IMG/VR virus record: IMGVR_UViG_3300027847_001048
From: an uncultured virus (IMG/VR IMGVR_UViG_3300027847_001048)
Lineage: Duplodnaviria > Heunggongvirae > Uroviricota > Caudoviricetes
Strand: one strand, 5' to 3'
Length of the DNA: 54,848 nucleotides
Positions 35,813 to 43,945 of this stretch are shown here, piece by piece; position 1 is the first letter of the stretch, and each line of letters starts with the position of its first letter. Both the position numbers and the translations under genes were made by a program. The notes beneath the pieces are model-generated. The model made no database searches and was not told the origin of the DNA. It worked only from the letters and a program-made list of their open reading frames with translations.

Positions 35813-38203
35813 ATGGAGTTACAGTTACCCACCAGCATGGAGTTGCCAGTTGTTGCGATGCGGGATGACGTAGTTCTTCCCGTAATGCCGACGACATTGA
35901 GTATAGGCCGGGAGAAGTCCGTTCTTGCGCTGAATGATGCGGGTGGCAAACCCCAGCAATATCTCGCTCTTTTCATGCAGAAAGATGCAAAGGTGGAAGA
36001 CCCTGGTGCGTTGGACCTTCATCAAGTAGGGACACTGGTCCGTATCCTGAAGGTGCTCCATCACAAGGACAAGTACCACGTCGTAGTTGAAGGCGTTGCC
36101 CGCATCGTGGCCGTGAAATGGACCCAAACAGAACCCTATCTGAAGGTGTCCGCAACGGTCCACGACGAGCCCAGAGACGCTCTGATAAGGGATGCCTACC
36201 ACGACAAGACGAGTCTAATCCGCAAATCGGCATACAGGTTGTTCCGGTTGAGCCAGCATATGCCGACCGATCTGCTCAGTCTCTTGAACACGATTGTTGA
36301 TCCAGCGACGATTGCAGACTTGGTGGCGGCCATCTCGCCCTTCGATCCTTCGGACCGCCAAGCGGTCTTGGAAGCCTTTGAGATCTCTGCCCGGTTGGAT
36401 CTCGTCGCTGAACTCTTGGAGAGACATACATCTTTGGTAGAGGTCAATCAGAAGATCGAGAGCAAGACCCAAGAGGACATCGCCCGTAGCCAGAAGGAAT
36501 ACTACCTCCGAGAGAAGATCCGCACGATCCGCTCGGAACTGGGTGAGGAAGACGAGGGGGAAGATCCCGATGACGTTGAGACCCTCAAGGAACGGATGTT
36601 GTTAGCCGAGATGCCCCCAGAAGTTGAGAAGTCAGCCCTTCGTGAGCTTCGTCGCCTCAAGAAAATGACCCCCCAATCGAGTGAATACTCGGTCACCAGG
36701 ACATATATTGACTGGCTCTTGGATCTTCCGTGGTCCAAGCACAGCGAAGACACTCTTGATCTGGATCAGGCGCAGAGAATCCTGGAAGAAGACCACTACG
36801 GAATGGATAAGGCCAAGGATCGAATCTTGGAATATCTGGCCGTCTGCAAGCTCAAGAAAGACATGAAGAGCCCGATCCTCTGTTTGGTCGGACCCCCCGG
36901 TGTCGGCAAGACCTCGCTGGCGAAGAGCGTGGCCCGTGCCTTGAATCGTGAACTGGTCAGAGTGTCCCTTGGAGGTATCCGAGATGAAGCGGAGATACGG
37001 GGACACCGTAGGACGTACATTGGGGCGATGCCCGGTCAGATCATCAAGGGCTATAAGAAGGCGGGGACCAACAACCCGGTGATGATTCTTGATGAGATCG
37101 ACAAGCTCTCATCGGACCACAGGGGAGACCCTGCGGGAGCGTTGCTGGAAGTGTTGGACCCAGAACAAAACAGCACGTTCAGAGACAACTACTTGGATCT
37201 GCCCTTTGACCTGTCCAAGACCATGTTCATCACAACTGCGAACAGCCTCTCCACTATCCGCACACCCTTGTTGGACCGCTTGGAGGTGCTGCATCTGTCG
37301 GGCTACACGATGCTGGAGAAGGTTCAGATCGCCAGGAACTACATCATCAAGGAACAGCTTGAGGCGCACGGTCTCATTCCAGACCACGTTTCAATCTCGG
37401 ATGATGCCCTCATGCGTCTCATCGAGTCCTATACCCGAGAGGCCGGTGTCCGTAGCTTGAAGCGAGAGATTGGGGCTGTCTTCCGCCGTATCGCCAAAGA
37501 GGTCGCCCTCCTTCCCGAGAACACCGACTACCCGAAGCGAGAGATCACTCCAGAGTTGGTGGACGAGATCCGAGGGCCAATCAAGTTCACCAATGACGTT
37601 GCCGAGCGAACGAGCATACCGGGAGTTGTTACTGGCATGGCTTGGACCTCTGTGGGTGGAGACATCCTCTTCATCGAAGCCACGATGATGCCAGGGACCG
37701 GGAAGCTGAAGCTGTCGGGGAACCTTGGCGACGTGATGAAGGAGTCCATTGGGGTTGCCGAGAGCTACGTGAGGGCTATCGCCAAAGACCTGGGCATCCC
37801 CAAGACCGTGTTCCAAGAGAACGACATCCACATCCACATCCCCGCAGGAGCAACGCCCAAGGATGGCCCTTCAGCGGGCGTGACTATGCTCACAGCCATC
37901 GTGTCTCTGTTGACTGGGATTCCGGTTCACAATGAGCTTGCGATGACCGGAGAGGCGTCCCTGCGTGGGGCGGTTCTTCAAGTTGGTGGCATCAAAGAGA
38001 AGGTGATGGCAGCGCATCGTGCAGGCATACGCATGGTGATCCTCCCAGAGAAGAACGAGAAGGACTGGCCCGAGCTACCCGAGGATGTCCGCAACGACAT
38101 GGTGGTCCACTACTGTTCCCGAATGGTAGACGTACTGAACACGGCTCTCGACAAGGACAAGCTGGAAGCGTTCAAGGCCAAGAGCGGCGAGTCAAAAGAC
38201 TAA
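35813..38203 (+). CDS. lon: Lon (LonA) ATP-dependent protease
   Basis: N domain; GPPGVGKT; LDEIDK; HRRTYIGAMPG; KDGPSAG catalytic Ser; GGIKEK. Confidence 0.97.
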   Translation: MELQLPTSMELPVVAMRDDVVLPVMPTTLSIGREKSVLALNDAGGKPQQYLALFMQKDAKVEDPGALDLHQVGTLVRILKVLHHKDKYHVVVEGVARIVAVKWTQTEPYLKVSATVHDEPRDALIRDAYHDKTSLIRKSAYRLFRLSQHMPTDLLSLLNTIVDPATIADLVAAISPFDPSDRQAVLEAFEISARLDLVAELLERHTSLVEVNQKIESKTQEDIARSQKEYYLREKIRTIRSELGEEDEGEDPDDVETLKERMLLAEMPPEVEKSALRELRRLKKMTPQSSEYSVTRTYIDWLLDLPWSKHSEDTLDLDQAQRILEEDHYGMDKAKDRILEYLAVCKLKKDMKSPILCLVGPPGVGKTSLAKSVARALNRELVRVSLGGIRDEAEIRGHRRTYIGAMPGQIIKGYKKAGTNNPVMILDEIDKLSSDHRGDPAGALLEVLDPEQNSTFRDNYLDLPFDLSKTMFITTANSLSTIRTPLLDRLEVLHLSGYTMLEKVQIARNYIIKEQLEAHGLIPDHVSISDDALMRLIESYTREAGVRSLKREIGAVFRRIAKEVALLPENTDYPKREITPELVDEIRGPIKFTNDVAERTSIPGVVTGMAWTSVGGDILFIEATMMPGTGKLKLSGNLGDVMKESIGVAESYVRAIAKDLGIPKTVFQENDIHIHIPAGATPKDGPSAGVTMLTAIVSLLTGIPVHNELAMTGEASLRGAVLQVGGIKEKVMAAHRAGIRMVILPEKNEKDWPELPEDVRNDMVVHYCSRMVDVLNTALDKDKLEAFKAKSGESKD

Positions 38204-38379
38204 TCAGACACGGTGTCCTTCATTGACTGGATCACTGCCCGAATCACTTTTAGGGGTGCGGTGGGGAAAGCGAGCTTCGCCTCCTTTCTGGTTGGGATTG
38301 GTTGGTTGGTGTCCTTTTTCCCTTGGAACCAAACCTCGATTTCACTACGCAGCTTCCGTTGAGTCCACACTTGTCTCAT
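38200..38379 (-). CDS. small hypothetical protein (59 aa), not in the ORF track
   Basis: MRQVWTQRKLRSEIEVWF..; fills the gap on the minus strand. Confidence 0.45.
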   Translation of the reverse strand: MRQVWTQRKLRSEIEVWFQGKKDTNQPIPTRKEAKLAFPTAPLKVIRAVIQSMKDTVSD

Positions 38380-38390
38380 TCTCTCTTTTG

Positions 38391-38747
38391 TTAGTTAGCG
38401 TCATCATCAAGATCACCGAGAATCTGGTCCTCGATGTCTCCGTAAACACAAAGACCCATCCACTCGGCTATTTCTTCTTCGGTCCACAGTGACTCAACCA
38501 CAGGCTCCCCCTCTTCGTTGAGCAGGGCCAGAAAGTAACAGGGGCCAGATAGGGTCAAGGGGTCGGCTTGGAGATGCTCTCGATACACAGTGCCATCTTC
38601 CATCTCGTAAGACGCAAGTTCCCAATCCCCACCCCATGCGGTGAGATAAGTTCCACCACCAATAGGGTCAATACAGGCGGCTTCTTGGATGATCCATCCT
38701 GCACGTTGGCTTAGGCCGACGAATGTATCTAACTGCATAGCATCCAA
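38391..38747 (-). CDS. acidic hypothetical protein
   Basis: 118-aa ORF. Confidence 0.65.
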   Translation of the reverse strand: MDAMQLDTFVGLSQRAGWIIQEAACIDPIGGGTYLTAWGGDWELASYEMEDGTVYREHLQADPLTLSGPCYFLALLNEEGEPVVESLWTEEEIAEWMGLCVYGDIEDQILGDLDDDAN

Positions 38748-38775
38748 AGAGACGCTTTCATAGAGAGGCTATCGG

Positions 38776-39015
38776 TCATTGATTGGATTCAAGGACAACA
38801 GCCGATCCCTCTTTAGTGATAGCGTCCGCATGTGGAAACTCTTGGGCTACCCTTTCCAGGGAGTCCGAAACGACATAGAGGATGTCTCCATCACCTACGG
38901 AGACGTACTCAAAACGTCCGTCATGTGTAGTGGAGCAGGTCTCTCCGACAGGGTTTGTTGAAGGGATGACTACTTTCCAACACGTCATCATTGAAGTCTC
39001 CACGGTAAGGTTCAA
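38776..39015 (-). CDS. hypothetical protein
   Basis: 79-aa ORF, GAGG RBS. Confidence 0.5.
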   Translation of the reverse strand: MNLTVETSMMTCWKVVIPSTNPVGETCSTTHDGRFEYVSVGDGDILYVVSDSLERVAQEFPHADAITKEGSAVVLESNQ

Positions 39016-39074
39016 TAGTTCCTCTTGATAGTCTTACCCACCGAAGACTAAAACCTGCCCTCATTGGAGCGTTC

Positions 39075-39524
39075 ATGCCCGAGTACAAGCCAACCTGCCC
39101 CAAGTGCAAACACAGCATTTGGCTCGATGAATACTATCATCAGCAGTTTCAAGTCGGCTGTTCGATGTGTGGCTTCCGGCTCGTAGGCGAAAAAGCCATC
39201 CGTCTGTTCATCAACAACCAGAAGACGGTGTGGGACCAGCAGCAGGTGGAGAAGCTAAAGGCGGCAGAAGAAGCTGCTAAAGAGGAAGCCCGAAAGCAAC
39301 GAGAGATCAAGAGAGAAACCAAGAAGGTCGCCAAGGCACGGATCATCAAGAAGGCCCCACTAACGCCTACGTCTGCTCAACAGCGGCGCGGTGCTACAAC
39401 TCCAACAGTTTGCGCCCATTGTGGCGAGTACCTGTTCCGCCGCAAGAAAGATGTAGCGGCAGGTCACTCGTTCTGCACGGCGGACCACCAACGGGTTTGG
39501 AAGAAGACCCGAAAGGCAGCGTAA
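39075..39524 (+). CDS. zinc-finger protein
   Basis: CPKC..CSMC, coiled coil, CAHC..C...H. Confidence 0.75.
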   Translation: MPEYKPTCPKCKHSIWLDEYYHQQFQVGCSMCGFRLVGEKAIRLFINNQKTVWDQQQVEKLKAAEEAAKEEARKQREIKRETKKVAKARIIKKAPLTPTSAQQRRGATTPTVCAHCGEYLFRRKKDVAAGHSFCTADHQRVWKKTRKAA

Positions 39525-39790
39525 TGAGTGATTGTCGGACCCCAGAAGGGGTAGCAGTACAGTGTGTGGACACCATCATCAATCAAGCACGGATCTTGGT
39601 CCAGATGCTTCGATCAGAGTGGGGGGATGAAGAGGTCAGCGAAGCTCTAATGGACATGGTGCAAGACGAAGACGTGCGTGTCTTGCTGCTCTATGCCGCT
39701 CAAAGGGTAGACGCAGCGGACCAGAAGGCAGACGCAGCGGACCAGAAGGCAGACGCAGCGGAAGCCGTCAGTTCCCCTCTGACTACATAG
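39524..39790 (+). CDS. hypothetical protein with a 21-nt in-frame tandem repeat (39709-39762)
   Basis: TAATG overlap; DAADQKA x2. Confidence 0.55.
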   Translation: MSDCRTPEGVAVQCVDTIINQARILVQMLRSEWGDEEVSEALMDMVQDEDVRVLLLYAAQRVDAADQKADAADQKADAAEAVSSPLTT

Positions 39791-40850
39791 CGATTAGCTC
39801 GATGATGAGCTTGCCGAAGAACTGATGACCAGAGTTCCAAGCGGTAGTTGTTTGGATCTTCAGGTTTACCTCGCCGCCTACGATACTTGCCGTTTGAGCG
39901 TCAGTGATCTGCTGACCCCCGGCGAGAACCCTGGTCCCCTGTGCGTTGATGCTCGCACCGGTCATATCGTTGACGAACAGGTATTCACGCACCATCGAGT
40001 TCGGTGTGGGGTTGTTGTTGTCCTTGATATGAAGGGTCATTCGACCCCCCACGTAAGAATCCGTGGGATACGTGAAGACTACAATGTCTTCAACGGCCAG
40101 ACTCACCGCTTGCGTGTGTCCAAAGGAGTTGGAGACGGAGAAGGTTCCCGCTACCCCATCTTCTTGGAGATCTGGCTCGTTGCGGCCAAGCTCTACATCG
40201 AAGTCTTGAGTGAGGTCGAACAGATCGGAGGCGGTCTTCCACATATCCGAGAAGCGAAGCTCACTGCCCTCCGCTGGCTCAATCAGATTGGTGGCAACCG
40301 ACCACGTTTTGCCGGGGACGATATGACCGGCCTCGCTCTCGCCTATTCGTCGGGTGATTGCTTCCCATTCACTTATGGTCACTTGTGCCAAATCAACTAT
40401 GTTGAGCACAAGGGCAATCGCAGCCGATGTAATGAGGGCAGTTCGATCATTCGCCTGGGTGGAAACAGTTGCACTTTGATAGGCGGCAACATCGACCACA
40501 CCTCCCGAGATGGGCAAGGATGGGGTCAGGGCAGCATCCGTCTCCATGATGAAGTCATGTAGGAGATTCTGCATCCCGATAGGCTGCTGACCCTTACGCT
40601 TGCGGAACTTCATCTTCCCGCCCTCGATATCGACCTTGTGGTTGTCGCCAACCCAAAGCGAGTTGTCAGACAGGAACAGGTGGCGGATCTTGTATTCGGC
40701 TGACCCGAAATCATAGGCGGCGTTCGTGTCAGGGAGAATGTGCCCCTTCATCGTGGCAGAGTTGAAGGTAATGGCCCGCCCGTCCCCGTCGATGAGGTCT
40801 TGAAGTTCGGCAATCAGTTGCTTGAGTTGCGCTGTGTTGCTGTGACTCAT
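39783..40850 (-). CDS. putative virion structural / fibre-like protein
   Basis: GHILPDTNAAYDFGSAEYKIRHLFLSDNSLWVG, a motif I associate with phage fibre proteins; beta-rich C-terminus. Confidence 0.55.
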   Translation of the reverse strand: MSHSNTAQLKQLIAELQDLIDGDGRAITFNSATMKGHILPDTNAAYDFGSAEYKIRHLFLSDNSLWVGDNHKVDIEGGKMKFRKRKGQQPIGMQNLLHDFIMETDAALTPSLPISGGVVDVAAYQSATVSTQANDRTALITSAAIALVLNIVDLAQVTISEWEAITRRIGESEAGHIVPGKTWSVATNLIEPAEGSELRFSDMWKTASDLFDLTQDFDVELGRNEPDLQEDGVAGTFSVSNSFGHTQAVSLAVEDIVVFTYPTDSYVGGRMTLHIKDNNNPTPNSMVREYLFVNDMTGASINAQGTRVLAGGQQITDAQTASIVGGEVNLKIQTTTAWNSGHQFFGKLIIELIAM

Positions 40851-41833
40851 TTGTTAGCTCCAACAGCCAGATGGCGTAAGGCGACACGTCGCTTCATTCG
40901 ATCTTCGTTCAAGATCTTGCCCGCCTTCACTGCGTAGTATGCGTCCTGCCTGCTGACACCTTCACTGATGAGGTGCTTCATGGCGTCACGTTCGTTGTGG
41001 TACTGAAGAACCTGGGCGGCTCGATCCATGAGCTTCTCGTCTACTGCTGCGATTCGCAGGCTCGCTTTGATGGACCGCTCGCCTTTAGACGTTAGGAACC
41101 AGATCTCAAAAGCGGGGGTCTCACGGACGGAAGCAACCTCTTTATCGACGAGCTTTTGCCGCATTAGGTCCAAGAGGATCTTCTCGATCTCCCGAGAGCC
41201 CATACGGCTATCAAAATACTTGCGGATGTCTGCTTCGATGGAGCCAATAGTGCCGCCGTCATGGAGCACTTTCAGCACCATGTCCTGCTTCTCTTCTTTG
41301 CTTTGCCCCGCTGTTCGCCCACCCCGAGATTGCAACTTTCGCAGCTTCTTGGAGAGAGGCTCTAACTCCGAAAGAGCATCCCACAGCACGCTCTGGGTCA
41401 TACTCAAAGTAGGTGCCGCCCACTTGATGTCTTTGATCTGCTCAATGGCCCAGTCTACGTCTTCCAGATACCCCGACCTAAAGATGGGATCATCCATAAA
41501 CCCTCTCGGCTTTGCCAGCCGACCAAGGAGTACCGCCAATGGCTTGTAAGCCTTTCTGGTCATGTCAACGGCGTTGGCGACCTCATGTAGATCGTCGCTA
41601 AAACTCGATAGAGATCTTTGTCCTGCTCTCTTGCCACGCTTTCGCTTCTGCCGGTTGCCGGTGTCGTCCATCCACTCATCGTTGAGCTTCTTCGTGAGGC
41701 CGCACCGCTTCACTGCGTCCAAGGACTCATCCATGCCGTTGCTTTTGAGTACCCGAAGCAGTTGGCCCAAAAGCTCTGGACCGTTCTCTTTGTTGAACGC
41801 TGTTCGACTCACGATTGCACCTCGACTTTCCAA
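40847..41833 (-). CDS. tag A-bearing hypothetical protein
   Basis: C-terminal MKRRVALRHLA; internal KRA/RTA sites; start uncertain. Confidence 0.7.
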   Translation of the reverse strand: MESRGAIVSRTAFNKENGPELLGQLLRVLKSNGMDESLDAVKRCGLTKKLNDEWMDDTGNRQKRKRGKRAGQRSLSSFSDDLHEVANAVDMTRKAYKPLAVLLGRLAKPRGFMDDPIFRSGYLEDVDWAIEQIKDIKWAAPTLSMTQSVLWDALSELEPLSKKLRKLQSRGGRTAGQSKEEKQDMVLKVLHDGGTIGSIEADIRKYFDSRMGSREIEKILLDLMRQKLVDKEVASVRETPAFEIWFLTSKGERSIKASLRIAAVDEKLMDRAAQVLQYHNERDAMKHLISEGVSRQDAYYAVKAGKILNEDRMKRRVALRHLAVGANK

Positions 41834-42234
41834 CCCCGACTCTTTAGATCGTCAATGAGGTCGTGGACTGTGGTGTTCAACTCGACGTAGGTAGAGCTTT
41901 CAAAGCCCAGCTTGCCACCATCGACAGTTATTGTGGTTGAGTAGGGGTCGCCCAGTTTTCTGCCGGTCGTCGGACCCGTTGGCTCGTACCCCTTGAGAGC
42001 GGCGATGAGGTCTTTCCCAAAACGACTCAAATACAGCTTACGGTGGCCCCCTGACAGGACATCCTTTCCAGAAGCCACCTCAAATATGAGGAACACAGGA
42101 AGGTCTGACAGGCTTGGGCTACCGAGGTTTGCACCATTGATCGTCACCCGTTGGCTCTTCCAAAGCCCTGCGGTGACGTAGCGGCTGGAGACCCTCGCTG
42201 CGTCTGGCCTTTTCTGTGTTTTAGGCTGGGTCAT
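41809..42234 (-). CDS. tag A-bearing hypothetical protein
   Basis: ATG 42234 after AGGAG; PDAARVSSRYVTA. Confidence 0.7.
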   Translation of the reverse strand: MTQPKTQKRPDAARVSSRYVTAGLWKSQRVTINGANLGSPSLSDLPVFLIFEVASGKDVLSGGHRKLYLSRFGKDLIAALKGYEPTGPTTGRKLGDPYSTTITVDGGKLGFESSTYVELNTTVHDLIDDLKSRGWKVEVQS

Positions 42235-42256
42235 GTTTGCTCCTACCAACGGTTGT

Positions 42257-42286
42257 CCTACCAACGGTCGGCTTATAGAAGGACTA
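42257..42286 (-). promoter_or_regulatory. class II promoter-like motif
   Basis: TA-gtccttc-TAT-N13-GTAGG, with a duplicated downstream 13-mer. Confidence 0.55.
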
Positions 42287-43942
42287 CCTCTTGAAGATAC
42301 GGGCGAGGGCTTCCTTGTGTTCTTTGGCAAGCTGGTTCAACGCCCGAAAGCCTACCGCTTCGCAGAAGTGCTCTTCGGCGTTCGTGGAAGCATAGCTGGA
42401 GGGGAAGGGTGCGAGCTTGGAGTGCCTGCGAAGCATGTCCTTGTACCAAGACACTTTGGCCCTCCGCCCCTCTGGTATCCCTGGAATGTCGATGCCGATG
42501 ACATCGGCAGGACGATCTGGTGGACGGTTGTTCTTCAAGTCGTACCGGATGCTCGCTTGCCCCGGCTTGGTGGTGACGTACTTGCGCTTCCCAATCTGCC
42601 ACTTGACTCCGAAGGGCACAGGGTCGCCAACTTTGACGGGCCACCACTCGGAGATGTCGGCTCGCTTGTTGGACATCTCAAGATGGCGCAGTCCCCACTC
42701 CTTCTTGGCTGCGGGATCAGCGAACTTCTGCCAGTAGCGATGAGATAGTTCGTGGATCAAGCTGTGAACGGGGTCTTCTTTCATCCGCTTGTCTGTTCGG
42801 AGATAAACCCGATCCTCTGAAGAGTTGTACCAAGCCAGGGTACGGGCACCCCGTAACGATCCAACCAAGTAGATGTCCCCATAGAGAGCTTTACGGAAGC
42901 CAGGGATCTTGGACCCCGGGCCTACCTTGGAGGCTTTGTTGATGATGTCCTTGAAGGAGTCCAGCCGCTTACCCTCGACTCCTTCTGTGTTGTGTACGGT
43001 GAACTTCCCAACCTTGAAGGTCTGGTCAGTGTCGGCACCCTCACCGGTTAGCTTACGCCACGTCTTCCCGTCCTCAACGATCTCCCGCCCGTAACGTAGA
43101 CTCTTTTCGTGGCGTTGGGACCAAGTGAAGATCTGCCGGGGGAACCGCTTGGCGGTCATAAAGATGCGAGCGAATGACGTGAACTTCCTCGCTTCCGCTT
43201 TGGGAACCTCATGCTGGTGCATGGCGATGTCAGCGAGCGTGAGGCCAGCGTTCATCATCTCAACCCAAGGGTTGTTCACCACCCGTTTGATTAGGTTGGT
43301 CGTAGATCTGGTGAACTTCATCTCGTAGAGGCCGTCAATGGGCAGACCGGCCCTTTCGGTCATCCGATGGACCTCGTTTATGGCCCGGTCAAAGCTATCT
43401 AAAGCGTTGTCATATTCATCCTGCGCCTCAAAGAGAGTGGTCTCGGTGGCGGTCCTGCTCTTGAACTCTTGCCGGAGCGCATAGAGGTCCACTTCGACGG
43501 GTGTCATGTATCGGTCGGCAACTCGGGTAGCACTGGCGGTGTGGATTCTGACACTGGAAATGTCAGATTTGATACCTGGAGCTATAGAGGCGCGGTGCTT
43601 TTGGATCATCCCGACCTTCGAGACGCCATCATCTGCGATGTCCCCGTAGACGTATTCATCAATGATTTCAGCAGCATAAGACTGGACGGTCCTCCAAGCC
43701 TTCTCGTCGGTGTGGTACTGGAAGCCTCCCTGGTGGAAGAAATCATGCCCATGATCCACCAGATCTTCTGCCATACCGAGCGGCACATCCTTGAGTTCCC
43801 AGAGAACGAAGGTGTCCCGACCGTAGAGATTCCAATGGTCCAACTGACGCCCCATGAGCGTGTCGTCCGTACACCCGTAGAGTTCGTCTCCGTCAGGCCC
43901 GTACACGCAGGCGATCATGTCTATGGTCGCAATATCGGCCAC
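42284..43942 (-). CDS. tag A-bearing protein with C-terminal zincin metallopeptidase (lethal-factor-like)
   Basis: SATRVADRYM; LIHELSHRYW..PSSYASTNAEEHFCE. Confidence 0.75.
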   Translation of the reverse strand: MADIATIDMIACVYGPDGDELYGCTDDTLMGRQLDHWNLYGRDTFVLWELKDVPLGMAEDLVDHGHDFFHQGGFQYHTDEKAWRTVQSYAAEIIDEYVYGDIADDGVSKVGMIQKHRASIAPGIKSDISSVRIHTASATRVADRYMTPVEVDLYALRQEFKSRTATETTLFEAQDEYDNALDSFDRAINEVHRMTERAGLPIDGLYEMKFTRSTTNLIKRVVNNPWVEMMNAGLTLADIAMHQHEVPKAEARKFTSFARIFMTAKRFPRQIFTWSQRHEKSLRYGREIVEDGKTWRKLTGEGADTDQTFKVGKFTVHNTEGVEGKRLDSFKDIINKASKVGPGSKIPGFRKALYGDIYLVGSLRGARTLAWYNSSEDRVYLRTDKRMKEDPVHSLIHELSHRYWQKFADPAAKKEWGLRHLEMSNKRADISEWWPVKVGDPVPFGVKWQIGKRKYVTTKPGQASIRYDLKNNRPPDRPADVIGIDIPGIPEGRRAKVSWYKDMLRRHSKLAPFPSSYASTNAEEHFCEAVGFRALNQLAKEHKEALARIFKR

Positions 43943-43945
43943 CCG

